Below are positions 30,212 through 40,561 of a DNA stretch of 64,000 nucleotides, piece by piece. The notes below the pieces were generated by a model. It saw only the letters and a program-made list of their open reading frames with translations. It searched no databases and was not told where the DNA came from. The stretch spans positions 1,280,001 to 1,344,000 of the forward strand of contig OZ252239.1 of NCBI GenBank assembly GCA_965249485.1. The letters are read 5' to 3'. The position numbers were made by a program, and so were the translations under genes. Within the stretch, counting starts at the first letter, position 1, and each line of letters begins with the position of its first letter. The DNA comes from a bacterium (GTDB lineage: Bacteria > SM23-31).

Positions 30212-31342
30212 TTGGCTGTAATCTTATGGGCGAGATTAAAGTTGGAAATTCTCCATATACTATACGATGATGTCAAAAATCCCTGGTTAGGTGGCGGTGG
30301 AGCAGTTCGGGCCAGGGAAATTAATAAAATACTTGCTCAAAAGCACTCGGTAACAACAATAACTGGAAAATTTCCAGGTGCATGTACCGAATCGATGGAT
30401 AATATCAAATTTATACGAATTGGTTATGGTGCTCACTACTTATTGAGCCGTATAACGTATACACTGGCAGTTCCTTTTCAAATGTGGATACGTGAATACG
30501 ATTTGATTGTAAACGATTTTTCTGCTTTTTCTCCAGTCTTTTGCCATTTTTATACTAAAAAACCGATTGTTAATATATTTCATCACCGTTTAGGTATGCA
30601 AGCGATAAAAAAAAGGCCTATATTAGGTATTTTGTCCATTATATTTGAAAAGCTGTTTTTAAAAACTGCTTCCAACATGATCACTGTTTCGCCAAGCGTA
30701 ACGGAAGACATTAAGCGCAAGAATGATACTAGAAGAATAGAATGTATTTTTAATGGAGTAGACCAATCTCTATTTGCTATAGAACCCGAACCGGGCGAAT
30801 ATATTGGTTTTATTGGCAGGTTAGACATATACATGAAGGGTATCGATATTCTCCTAAAGGCGTTAAAAAAAGTAAAGAATTCAACTATCACATTGAAAAT
30901 TGCAGGTTCTGGGCCACAAAAAAATATTAAAAGCTTAGTTACTACCATAGAAAAATTGAAGCTTAAAGACAAAGTTACATTACTGGGCAAAATTTCTGAC
31001 GCAGAGAAGAGAGACTTTTTTAAGCGTTCTCTCTTTTTCGTAATGCCTTCTCGGTTTGAGGGGTGGGGTATTTCTGCTATTGAAGCGGCCGCATGCGGGA
31101 AACCGGTTATTGGGACAAATATTCCTGGATTAAAAGATGCAATCATTGATAAAAAGACTGGATTTTTAGTGGAATCTGAAAATAGCGATGAATTAGCAGT
31201 GGCGATTGATACATTACTGGAAAATGAAGAGCTTCGAAATGAATTAGGTCTCAATGGAAAAAAATGGGCGAAAAATTTTCAGTGGGAAGAGATTGCTGAA
31301 AAACAAGAGCAGTTCTATAAAGATACCGTTAATTTGTATTAA
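30212..31342 (+). CDS. Glycosyltransferase family 4
   Basis: NPW.GGGGA, FIGRL...KG.D and PSRFEGWGISAIEAAACGKPV motifs. Confidence 0.92.
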   Translation: MAVILWARLKLEILHILYDDVKNPWLGGGGAVRAREINKILAQKHSVTTITGKFPGACTESMDNIKFIRIGYGAHYLLSRITYTLAVPFQMWIREYDLIVNDFSAFSPVFCHFYTKKPIVNIFHHRLGMQAIKKRPILGILSIIFEKLFLKTASNMITVSPSVTEDIKRKNDTRRIECIFNGVDQSLFAIEPEPGEYIGFIGRLDIYMKGIDILLKALKKVKNSTITLKIAGSGPQKNIKSLVTTIEKLKLKDKVTLLGKISDAEKRDFFKRSLFFVMPSRFEGWGISAIEAAACGKPVIGTNIPGLKDAIIDKKTGFLVESENSDELAVAIDTLLENEELRNELGLNGKKWAKNFQWEEIAEKQEQFYKDTVNLY

Positions 31343-31408
31343 TATTATTTCACATACAATTGAAAATCTTATTTGTCATTGTAAACCTTAAAATAACGTG
31401 TAAGAATC

Positions 31409-32362
31409 ATGTACCAACATAAGAAAATAGCACTTGTAATTCCAGCTTATAATGAGTCAAAGCTCATCAAACCCACTCTTGAGAATGTGCCGGATATTAT
31501 TGACCGGGTATTTGTTGTTGACGATGCAAGTACAGATAATATGGCAGATGTTGTCAGAGAAAGAATGCAACATGATGACAGAATTAAGTTGATTCAGCAT
31601 GACAAAAATTCTGGTCCTGGTCAGGGCATAATTACTGGGTATAAAGCCTCGAGTCAACAGGGATATGACATCACGGTTGTAGTTGGTGGAGATTTCCAAA
31701 TGCCTCTGGATGAAATCGAATCCTTTTTGAAGCCGCTCATCGACAAGAAAGCAGATTACACTAAAGGTAACCGGTTTATGTTGAATGGTAATGCCTTTGA
31801 TGATATGCCGAAATTACGGCTCGTAGCCAACACAATGATTTCAATGCTAACCAAAATTGCATCCGGTCTTTATAAAATTTTTGATGTTGTTGACGGCTAT
31901 ACTGCTATTACAAAGCAAGCCATTGATTCAATAAATTGGGATAAAGCTTGGAAAAATTACGGCTATCCCATGGATTTCCTTATCAGGCTCAGCGCTCATG
32001 GATTTCGGGTAATGGATGTCCCTCGGAAAGCGATATACCTTCAAGGAGAGCGCCAGTCACAGATAAAAGGATTCAAATATGCTATAAAAGTCTCGCCAAT
32101 GCTTTTAAGGGGATTTTTCTGGAGACTGATTGTAAAATATGTATTCCGGGATTTTCATCCCCTGATATTTTTCTATATTTTAGGGTTGATATTATTACCC
32201 CTCGGGGTTTTATTCGGAGGATATTTGGTTATCTCTCAAATATCCGGTATTGGTGTAACAGGACCCCGTGCTATTCTGTGTGCCATGCTTATAATTACCG
32301 GGATGCAATTTCTTTTGTTTGCTATACTGTTTGACAGTCAGGAATCGGAAAAAAATAATTAA
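31409..32362 (+). CDS. Glycosyltransferase family 2 with C-terminal TM helices
   Basis: VIPAYNE, VVDDASTD, GD.QM and DY.KGNRF motifs. Confidence 0.92.
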   Translation: MYQHKKIALVIPAYNESKLIKPTLENVPDIIDRVFVVDDASTDNMADVVRERMQHDDRIKLIQHDKNSGPGQGIITGYKASSQQGYDITVVVGGDFQMPLDEIESFLKPLIDKKADYTKGNRFMLNGNAFDDMPKLRLVANTMISMLTKIASGLYKIFDVVDGYTAITKQAIDSINWDKAWKNYGYPMDFLIRLSAHGFRVMDVPRKAIYLQGERQSQIKGFKYAIKVSPMLLRGFFWRLIVKYVFRDFHPLIFFYILGLILLPLGVLFGGYLVISQISGIGVTGPRAILCAMLIITGMQFLLFAILFDSQESEKNN

Positions 32363-32391
32363 ATCGATTGAGATAATTACGCTATCGAATT

Positions 32392-34275
32392 ATGTGCGGT
32401 ATATGCGGTATATATAATTTTCGCAGCAATGAACTTGCTTCGGAAACTGTTGTCAGAAAAATGATGGATGCCATGGAACATCGTGGCCCAGATGATGATG
32501 GAGTATATACAAATGGGCCACTCTCAATTGGGATGCGCCGGCTCAGCATCATCGACAGGGCAACCGGTAAGCAGCCGATGTGTAATGAAACGGAAGATGT
32601 GTGGGTCGTCTATAACGGAGAAATCTATAACTATCTTCCCTTGATGGAGGAACTCAGAAAAAAAGGGCATATTTTCAGATCAAAAAGCGATACCGAAGTA
32701 ATTGTCCATCTCTATGAAGAATATGGGACAGACAGTTTTTCGATGCTCAACGGTATGTTTGCGATCGCACTCTGGGACACTAAGCGGAAAACGTTATACC
32801 TTGTCCGCGACCGGTTTGGAATTAAACCTCTTGCTTACTCGATTGTAAATGGAAAATTGATTTTTGGCTCCGAAATCCACTTGCTTTTCAAAGACCCTGA
32901 TGTTTCAAAAGAAATTAACCTTGAAGCATTAGATTTATATTTCGCTTATTATTATATTAACGCACCCCATACAATATTTAAGGGTGTGAAAAAAGTTCCT
33001 TCCGCATCATATCTGGAATGCAAAAACGGCGACATAAATATAATACGTTATTGGAATCTGCAGAATACTTATGCGCAATATGACAACGAGGAAGACTATA
33101 CTGAGAAGATCAGAGATTTAATGAGCGAATCTGTGAAACTGCAACTGCAAAGTGAGGTTCCTCTTGGTGTGTTTTTAAGCGGAGGTCTCGATTCGGCTTC
33201 CATTCTGGCATTTATGCGTCAGCATTTATCTAGAAAAATCAAAACGTTCTCAATTGGATTCGAAGATTCTTCGTATAGTGAGCTGCCGGAGGCAGATGCG
33301 GTTGCGAAAATGTATGAGACCGAACACCATCCGACAGTTATGTACCCAAAACATATTCCTGAATTGTTGCCAAAGTTGCTAAAACATATGGGGGAACCAA
33401 ACGGTGACTGGAGTGGTGTTGCGAATTATCTTGTGTCACAGGAAGCAAAAAAATCGGTTACCGTCGTATTGCGAGGTGACGGAGGTGACGAGATATTTGG
33501 GGGATATCCGACTTACAATGCAGCTAACCTTGCACGGCTTGCACGTAAAATACCGAAATCGGTTCGTAATAGAATTATTAATCGTTTGATCAACTTCCTT
33601 CCGGTTTCTCATCGAAGGCTCAGTTTTGATTATAAAGCAAAACGGTTCCTGAAAGGAATCGATTTACCCGTCTATGAAGCCCACCATTATTGGAAAGAGG
33701 TGTTTCCGCCTGACTGGAGAAACTCTCTGATTTCGTCGGACTATTATGTCAACCAAAATGGTGCTCTTGTCATGGACGAAATAGAATCGATAGCCGGCGA
33801 AATGCAGTCAGAAAACATCGAAGATACTTTGACATATCTTGACCTGAGAATCTTTAATCAGGGATGTACGCTGCCGGTATCGGATATAACCTCCATGGCT
33901 GTTTCGCTTGAAGGAAGAGTTCCTTTTTTACATAATGAAGTAGTGGATTTTGCCTATTCTATTCCGTTTCGGCTGAAAAACCGGGGTATGCAGACAAAAT
34001 ACATCTACCGTAAGGCGATGCAGGGGCTGCTTCCGAATAGGATTGTTCGAATGAAGAAAAAAGGATTTGTGGTTCCCGGTGCAAGCTGGATATCTCATGA
34101 ACTCAAACCATACATTCAAGATGTTTTATCTGAAAGCAATATTGCAAAAATACCCTACTTAAATGCTAAACCGGTCCAAAAGGTACTAAAAAATCATTTC
34201 GATATGAATGTAGACAATACTCGACAGATAACTTGCCTTGTTGCATTTGTACTTTGGTATGACTGTTTTCATTAA
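32392..34275 (+). CDS. asnB: Asparagine synthase (glutamine-hydrolysing) family amidotransferase, probably glycan-modifying
   Basis: N-terminal MCGICG, HRGPD, RRLSIID, NGEIYN, FLSGGLDS, GDGGDE.FGGY and SLEGRVPFL motifs. Confidence 0.93.
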   Translation: MCGICGIYNFRSNELASETVVRKMMDAMEHRGPDDDGVYTNGPLSIGMRRLSIIDRATGKQPMCNETEDVWVVYNGEIYNYLPLMEELRKKGHIFRSKSDTEVIVHLYEEYGTDSFSMLNGMFAIALWDTKRKTLYLVRDRFGIKPLAYSIVNGKLIFGSEIHLLFKDPDVSKEINLEALDLYFAYYYINAPHTIFKGVKKVPSASYLECKNGDINIIRYWNLQNTYAQYDNEEDYTEKIRDLMSESVKLQLQSEVPLGVFLSGGLDSASILAFMRQHLSRKIKTFSIGFEDSSYSELPEADAVAKMYETEHHPTVMYPKHIPELLPKLLKHMGEPNGDWSGVANYLVSQEAKKSVTVVLRGDGGDEIFGGYPTYNAANLARLARKIPKSVRNRIINRLINFLPVSHRRLSFDYKAKRFLKGIDLPVYEAHHYWKEVFPPDWRNSLISSDYYVNQNGALVMDEIESIAGEMQSENIEDTLTYLDLRIFNQGCTLPVSDITSMAVSLEGRVPFLHNEVVDFAYSIPFRLKNRGMQTKYIYRKAMQGLLPNRIVRMKKKGFVVPGASWISHELKPYIQDVLSESNIAKIPYLNAKPVQKVLKNHFDMNVDNTRQITCLVAFVLWYDCFH

Positions 34276-34320
34276 TATTCGGGTTGTTTTTAATCTCAAT
34301 TAGTTCACTATGGAGTTACA

Positions 34321-35277
34321 ATGAAAGTTCTTATAACCGGTATTACGGGATTTGCCGGTAGCCATCTTGCAGATTATGTTTTGAAGGAAAAGCTCGGTAC
34401 GGTGATCGGTATACATCGCTGGCGTAGTGATATGCGTAATATCAGGCATATTATCGATAAAATAGACTTACATGAATGCGACCTTCGTGATGCATTTTCT
34501 GTCAGAGATCTGATTGAAGCAGTCAGACCAGACAAGATTTTCCACCTTGCTGCTCAAAGCTTCGTACCGACATCCTGGAAAGCACCGACTGAATCGCTCA
34601 CGACGAATATTGTCGGCCAGTTAAATATATTTGAAGCCGTCAGAAAATTAAAGATTAGTCCCTGGATTCAGCTTGCTTGCTCGAGCGAAGAGTATGGAAT
34701 GGTTTACGAAAATGAACTTCCTATAAAAGAAACTAATCCACTTAGACCTCTAAGCCCTTATGCTGTCAGCAAAATCGGTCAGGATATGCTCGGATATCAA
34801 TACTTCTGTAGTTTTGGAATAAAGGCAGTCAGAACCAGGACATTCAACCATACAGGTCCCCGCCGTGCACACGTATTTGTTGTTTCTGATTTTGCCAGGC
34901 AAATTGTTGATATTGAAAAAGGGCTTCGTGATCCGGTAATCCATGTCGGGAATCTCGATGCCCGTCGAGATTTTACCGATGTCCGGGATATCGTAAGAGC
35001 ATACTGGTTGTCACTTGAAAAGTGTGAAGCGGGTGAAGTGTACAACATCTGTTCCGGTACTACATGGTACATTCGCGATATGCTGAATATGCTCATAGAA
35101 AGATCAAAAGTTAAAATTGGAATTCAGCAGGATCCTGACCGTATGCGACCGTCCGATGTTGAAGTACTACTCGGAGATGCATCCAAGTTTAGGCAGGCAA
35201 CAGGCTGGAAACCTGAAATCCCATTTGAACAAACATTGGAAGATATTTTAAATTACTGGCGGAGCTATCAGGAATAA
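34321..35277 (+). CDS. GDP-mannose 4,6-dehydratase-like SDR
   Basis: LITGITGFAGSHL, HLAAQSFV..SW, SSEEYG, P.SPYAVSK, FNHTGPRR and GNLDARRDFTDVRD motifs. Confidence 0.85.
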   Translation: MKVLITGITGFAGSHLADYVLKEKLGTVIGIHRWRSDMRNIRHIIDKIDLHECDLRDAFSVRDLIEAVRPDKIFHLAAQSFVPTSWKAPTESLTTNIVGQLNIFEAVRKLKISPWIQLACSSEEYGMVYENELPIKETNPLRPLSPYAVSKIGQDMLGYQYFCSFGIKAVRTRTFNHTGPRRAHVFVVSDFARQIVDIEKGLRDPVIHVGNLDARRDFTDVRDIVRAYWLSLEKCEAGEVYNICSGTTWYIRDMLNMLIERSKVKIGIQQDPDRMRPSDVEVLLGDASKFRQATGWKPEIPFEQTLEDILNYWRSYQE

Positions 35278-35280
35278 GCA

Positions 35281-36234
35281 ATGAATATTGTCATCACGGG
35301 AGCCGGCGGATTTGCGGGATCGTATCTGATTCGAGAACTACTGGGGCATTACGGTGATATTGCACAGCTTTATGGTATATCGGATGTAATTCCAACAAGT
35401 GTGGATGCCCGTAATTTGAAGGATTGCGCTATTGTCGATATTACCGATTATGATGCGCTCAAAAAAAGTTTGTTACTATTCAAACCGGACTCTATCTATC
35501 ATCTTGCAGCACAGAGTTCAGTGGCTCTTTCATTTGAAAAGCCGCATGAAACGTTTTCGGTGAACCAGTTCGGAACCTTGAATGTTCTGGATATAGCGGC
35601 CAAAGCGTTTGAGAATATGCCAAATATTCTCATCGTCAGTTCAGCGGATCTTTATAAATATTCATCCGGTGCAATTTCGGAAGATACGCCATTTGCACCT
35701 TTAAATCCTTATGCTGTGAGCAAGGCAGCAGCAGATTATATCGGGTACATGTATTGGAAAAACAATAACTTACCGGTTATTCGAGTTCGCTCATTCAACC
35801 ATATCGGGCCAGGTCAGTCAACAAAATTTGTCCTGCCGGATTTTGCCCGGCAGATAGCCCGAATTGAAAAAAGTATTCAGAAGCCTGAGCTGTATGTCGG
35901 GAATCTTGATGCTCGGCGAGATTTTACTGATGTTCGCGATGTTGTTAGGGCATATCGTATGGTAGTGGAATCCGGACAATCCGGCAGTGTTTATAATGTT
36001 TGTTCAAATAAAACCTATGCGATCAAAGAATTGGTTACTCTATTAGTCGAAATGAGTCATGCGTCTATTACCATAAAACAGGATTCTAAACGGATGAGAC
36101 CTTCGGATAATCCGAATCTTCTCGGGGATAATAGCAAAATTGTCCGTGAAATCGGATGGGAACCTGAAATTTCTATTGAAAAAACGCTCGAAGAATTATT
36201 ACATTTCTGGCGGAAGCAAGTAGACTCGGAATAA
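35281..36234 (+). CDS. GDP-4-keto-6-deoxy-sugar reductase (Rmd-like) SDR, paralogue of the upstream gene
   Basis: ITGAGGFAG, HLAAQSSV..SF, SSADLY, NPYAVSK, FNHIGPGQ and GNLDARRDFTDVRD motifs. Confidence 0.8.
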   Translation: MNIVITGAGGFAGSYLIRELLGHYGDIAQLYGISDVIPTSVDARNLKDCAIVDITDYDALKKSLLLFKPDSIYHLAAQSSVALSFEKPHETFSVNQFGTLNVLDIAAKAFENMPNILIVSSADLYKYSSGAISEDTPFAPLNPYAVSKAAADYIGYMYWKNNNLPVIRVRSFNHIGPGQSTKFVLPDFARQIARIEKSIQKPELYVGNLDARRDFTDVRDVVRAYRMVVESGQSGSVYNVCSNKTYAIKELVTLLVEMSHASITIKQDSKRMRPSDNPNLLGDNSKIVREIGWEPEISIEKTLEELLHFWRKQVDSE

Positions 36235-36239
36235 TAAAT

Positions 36240-36989
36240 ATGTCTGAGAATTCAATATCACAATCGGCACGTATTCCATCTGATGCTCAGATTGGTCAAT
36301 ACTGCGTCATTGAAAATGATGTGCGGATTGGCAAAAGTTGCACGATTGGGAATCATGTTGTGATTTATCCCAATACAATCATTGGTGATGAAGTTTCCAT
36401 TCAAGACCATGCTGTTGTCGGAAAACCACCGATACGTGGAAAAAGAAGTGTGCAACGCCTTTCGCCTGATAGTGATAACCCTGCGCGTATCGGGTCCGGT
36501 GTAAGAATCGGTGCCCATGTAATCATATATAATCAGACATCCATTGCTGATTCAGTATTAATAGCTGATGCTGCAGCTGTACGAGAGCGGGTTACGATTG
36601 GAGAAGAGTCGATTGTCGGGAGGTCGGTCACAATTGAAAACGATTCGGTAATCGGACAACGGACAAAACTTGAGACTGCCTGTTATATTACAGCATACTC
36701 CAAACTTGGCAATAACTGTTTTATTGCTCCTATGGTTGCATCTTCGAATGATGCCTTTTTGGGCAGGACAGAGGAACGGTTTGGGAAATACAAAGGAATT
36801 ACTGTCAAAGATGGCGGCAGAATCGGTGTCGGAGCTGTTATACTCCCCGGTATTATAATCGGAAAAGAGGGAGTCGTTGGCGCCGGTTTGGTAGTGACTA
36901 AGAACGTACCGGAAAAGACACTTGTAATGGGCGTACCAGCACGTATCATTAGAAAGATTCCGCCAGATCAATGTGCTGAAAACCAGTAA
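36240..36989 (+). CDS. Hexapeptide-repeat (LbH) acetyltransferase
   Basis: Repeated [IV]G.... hexapeptides; FIAP.V..SND.F.GR, RIGVGAVILPG..IG and V.GVPAR motifs. Confidence 0.9.
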   Translation: MSENSISQSARIPSDAQIGQYCVIENDVRIGKSCTIGNHVVIYPNTIIGDEVSIQDHAVVGKPPIRGKRSVQRLSPDSDNPARIGSGVRIGAHVIIYNQTSIADSVLIADAAAVRERVTIGEESIVGRSVTIENDSVIGQRTKLETACYITAYSKLGNNCFIAPMVASSNDAFLGRTEERFGKYKGITVKDGGRIGVGAVILPGIIIGKEGVVGAGLVVTKNVPEKTLVMGVPARIIRKIPPDQCAENQ

Positions 36990-37024
36990 CAAAACACATA
37001 ATCACAAAGAGAAATTACACAATT

Positions 37025-37855
37025 ATGGCTATCTTAAAATATACTCTCTATAGCAGAATAATGCTGTGGTATACACGAGTGGTTTTGCCAGTGCTGCTAA
37101 TTATTTCTCCGAGCATTTCTTCTGCTCAGGCACAATCTTGGCGTGAATTTGATTTAGTAAGCATATCAGTCGGGTGGGAGGTTGATCGATTGGGCAAATT
37201 ATTTATGAATACGCAAGATAAAAAGTTTTTAATCTATTCTGAAATGGTCGGTGATGTTTTAATGCTTGATGCGAATACCGATTCGGTATTTATGTATGGT
37301 AATTCTCAGCTAGGAATCGATGAAAATACTAATACTGCAGAATTTGATTTAAATCAAGACAGGATGTATCTTGGTCAGACAGAACGTGTTGGTGTCGATA
37401 TACGACTACCACCGATTATGAATAAAACAATCTATCTTGTTCCTCGTCCTGAAATCATAGGTGAAGCTACAATTGAAGAAATATTGCATCACAAGATTAT
37501 TTTTCGGCAGCTCGTCAAGATATACCAACCTGATGAAGCAGCGCTTACCTATCTGAAAGAGTATTCTACACCGATATCGGTCAGAATTGTGTTTGGGTCG
37601 TGGTGCGGAACATGCAGAGATAAAGTTCCTCAAATAATAAAAGTCATTGCTGAAAGCGGTAATTCAATTATTTCTTATTCATTTATTGGGGTTGACGACA
37701 AGATTTCTCAGGATGAATTGCAGGAACGGTATAATGTGCGGAAACTTCCCGGTATAACCGTCATAAAAGACGGAGTTGAAATGGGAACAATCAACAATGT
37801 ATTCGATGTCTCTTTTGAAAACGATCTCGTTTCTTTATTGCAAACTTTTGAATAA
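37025..37855 (+). CDS. Exported protein with a C-terminal thioredoxin-like domain
   Basis: Signal peptide (SSA-Q); VFGSWCGTC CxxC; YNV.KLP cis-Pro region. Confidence 0.8.
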   Translation: MAILKYTLYSRIMLWYTRVVLPVLLIISPSISSAQAQSWREFDLVSISVGWEVDRLGKLFMNTQDKKFLIYSEMVGDVLMLDANTDSVFMYGNSQLGIDENTNTAEFDLNQDRMYLGQTERVGVDIRLPPIMNKTIYLVPRPEIIGEATIEEILHHKIIFRQLVKIYQPDEAALTYLKEYSTPISVRIVFGSWCGTCRDKVPQIIKVIAESGNSIISYSFIGVDDKISQDELQERYNVRKLPGITVIKDGVEMGTINNVFDVSFENDLVSLLQTFE

Positions 37856-37898
37856 TAGAAATGAAGTTATAGATATTATGTTTTAAAAATAACTATGT

Positions 37899-38804
37899 AT
37901 GAATATCATTTCATTGCTCCGAACACTATCTCCTTACGTCATCGGTCTGGTTTTTATCTCTGCCGGACTCTTCAAGTCATTTGATCCATCAGCATTTTCA
38001 TTCCATCTGGAATCCTATGGATTTATACCCTCGTCACTTACTTCTGTGATTTCATATTCGGTTATAACAGCTGAACTTATACTTGGTCTCAGTTTAATTC
38101 TCTTTTTAGCTCCTCGCATTGTAATATCATTATTAACAGGTCTGACGGTACTGTTTATTATTGTAACGATTTGGGGGTGGCTACAGGGTATGGAGCAGGG
38201 GTGCGGTTGCTTTGGATCGGCTGTGGAAAGGACTCCCCTGCAGGTGATTTTGGAAGATGCACTTATTCTTACTGGTCTGGCTTTGTGCTGGTGGAAGTAC
38301 AAACTACCGCCATTTCAAACAGCACATTGGAAGAAATATGTTTTTGTAACGGGTTGCTCCATTTCCTTGATTATAACAGTTTTTGGTAAAGATCTTCCGG
38401 TTGATTCACTTGCAACACAACTGCGTACCGGAATAGACCTAAGCAGTCTCGAAGTTTTAGATATCTCGCATAACTTCTCAGAGGGGTCGTTTCTTGTCAT
38501 TCTTCTGAGTACTGATTGTGCCAAATGTCCGGAATATGTTACAATGCTCAACACATTTAGTCAAATCGATCAGCTACCCGGAGTAGTGGGAATTTTTGCA
38601 GGAACAAAAGAGGAGTCGATAGCATTTTTCTGGGAAAATCTCCCCGATTTTCCGATTGGACATGCTCAGTATTCTATGATGCGGAAATATTTTCGAAAAT
38701 TACCAAGGTTATTTTTTTTGAGAAATGGTACCGTTCAGTACATATGGGACAATGATATGCCGTCTATAAATCAGGTAACAGAAATTGTATCAGAACTTAA
38801 TTAA
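37899..38804 (+). CDS. MauE/DoxX-family membrane domain fused to a thioredoxin-like domain
   Basis: G.VFISAG.FK..DP..F, E..LG and GCGCFG motifs, then TDCAKC CxxC. Confidence 0.85.
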   Translation: MNIISLLRTLSPYVIGLVFISAGLFKSFDPSAFSFHLESYGFIPSSLTSVISYSVITAELILGLSLILFLAPRIVISLLTGLTVLFIIVTIWGWLQGMEQGCGCFGSAVERTPLQVILEDALILTGLALCWWKYKLPPFQTAHWKKYVFVTGCSISLIITVFGKDLPVDSLATQLRTGIDLSSLEVLDISHNFSEGSFLVILLSTDCAKCPEYVTMLNTFSQIDQLPGVVGIFAGTKEESIAFFWENLPDFPIGHAQYSMMRKYFRKLPRLFFLRNGTVQYIWDNDMPSINQVTEIVSELN

Positions 38805-38951
38805 TACTCATGAAACGTTGCCGTAGATCCATAATATCCAATATGAGAATTCTTTTGTATCAGCACCATTTTTTCTGTATTTTGAAGTGATGCAGGGTCT
38901 TCAACAATGCTATTGGGATTGCTTATCTTATGTACTCAAGGAGATTGAAGT

Positions 38952-39413
38952 ATGGATTTGATTGATGGTGTCCAAGTTAAAAAACTCAAGGTTATTTCCG
39001 ATGAGCGAGGCCGCCTCATGGAGATACTCAGAAATGATGATGAGATATTCATTAAATTTGGGCAGGTGTATATTACGACTGCATACCCCGGTGTTGTAAA
39101 AGGGTGGCACTATCATAAAAAGCAGACTGATCATTTTGTCGGATTAAAAGAAATGACAAAAGTTGTCCTCTATGATAACCGTGAGAATTCAAAAACTCAC
39201 GGACTCATAAATGAGTTTTTTCTGGGTAAGCATAATCCGATATTGGTACAGATCCCTGCAGGAGTTTTTCATGGATTCAAATGTATCGGCGAAACAGAAA
39301 GTATAATACTGAACATTCCGACAGAACAATACGATTATGACGATCCGGATGAATTTAGAGTCGAAGCGCACGATCCGAGTATCCCATACGACTGGTCAAG
39401 GAAAGACGGATAA
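38952..39413 (+). CDS. rfbC: dTDP-4-dehydrorhamnose 3,5-epimerase family (cupin)
   Basis: DERG.L.E, GVVKGWHYH..Q.D and IP.GV.HGF motifs. Confidence 0.85.
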   Translation: MDLIDGVQVKKLKVISDERGRLMEILRNDDEIFIKFGQVYITTAYPGVVKGWHYHKKQTDHFVGLKEMTKVVLYDNRENSKTHGLINEFFLGKHNPILVQIPAGVFHGFKCIGETESIILNIPTEQYDYDDPDEFRVEAHDPSIPYDWSRKDG

Positions 39414-39455
39414 ATAGATATTATCAGATAACTTCAGTATTATCTCAGGTGTATA

Positions 39456-40472
39456 ATGAAATTGATGGTAACAGGCGGAGCAGGATTTATCGGCAGTAAC
39501 TTTATCCGGTATGTACTGAGCCGCGACTCCGAAATCGAAATAATTAATGTCGACAAACTGACTTATGCGGGGAACCTCGCAAACTTGCATGATGTAGAAA
39601 GCAGATATTCGGAACGGTATACATTTCATATGGGCGATATTTGTGATAGAGAATTTATCAAACAGACAGTCGTGAATTGTAATGTTGAAGCTATCATTAA
39701 TTTTGCGGCTGAATCACATGTCGACCGATCAATTTTGGAATCGGATGTGTTCGTTACAACAAATATCGTTGGTACAAAAGTGCTGCTTGATGCTGCACTT
39801 GATATGAATATTTCACTCTTTATACAAATTTCAACTGATGAGGTTTATGGTTCGCTCGGGCCTGAAGGACAGTTTACCGAAGACACTCAGATTGCTCCGA
39901 ACAGCCCCTATTCGGCAAGTAAAGCTGCGGCTGACCATCTTGCCAGAGCATATTACAAGACATACGAACTTCCAGTCATAATTACTCGGTGTTCGAATAA
40001 TTATGGCCCGTACCAATTTCCTGAGAAATTCATACCCCTTATGATTCTCAATGCTCAAGAAGATATTCCTCTGCCTATATATGGAAGAGGCGTGAATATC
40101 CGGGATTGGATTCACGTCGAAGACCATTGTGCAGCTCTCTTTACGGTGTTGAAAAAGGGAAAACGGGGCGAAGTATATAATATCGGCGGTGAATGTGAAC
40201 AGCAGAATATTGATATTGCATATAAAATTCTTGATGTGCTATCGAAACCCCGTTCGCTGATTACGTATGTTACCGACCGACTGGGGCATGATCTCCGCTA
40301 TGCAATGGATTTTTCAAAGCTCAAGACACAGCTGGGATGGGAGCCGAAAATCGGGTTTGAAGATGGTCTGGTATCAGTAGTTTCATGGTATGTGGAGAAT
40401 GCACCTTGGCTTGAGAACGTGAAAACTAAAGAATATCTCACCTACTACGAAGAGCAGTACGGCAGTCGCTAA
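39456..40472 (+). CDS. rfbB: dTDP-glucose 4,6-dehydratase
   Basis: [60 protein letters not shown] and DR.GHD.RY motifs. Confidence 0.96.
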   Translation: MKLMVTGGAGFIGSNFIRYVLSRDSEIEIINVDKLTYAGNLANLHDVESRYSERYTFHMGDICDREFIKQTVVNCNVEAIINFAAESHVDRSILESDVFVTTNIVGTKVLLDAALDMNISLFIQISTDEVYGSLGPEGQFTEDTQIAPNSPYSASKAAADHLARAYYKTYELPVIITRCSNNYGPYQFPEKFIPLMILNAQEDIPLPIYGRGVNIRDWIHVEDHCAALFTVLKKGKRGEVYNIGGECEQQNIDIAYKILDVLSKPRSLITYVTDRLGHDLRYAMDFSKLKTQLGWEPKIGFEDGLVSVVSWYVENAPWLENVKTKEYLTYYEEQYGSR

Positions 40473-40561
40473 GAAGACACAATTATACGTTTGAATTTTG
40501 TAGTCGTTAATGACATAACATGGATATAATATTAACCATGGTAACAACAGATTGATTTAGG

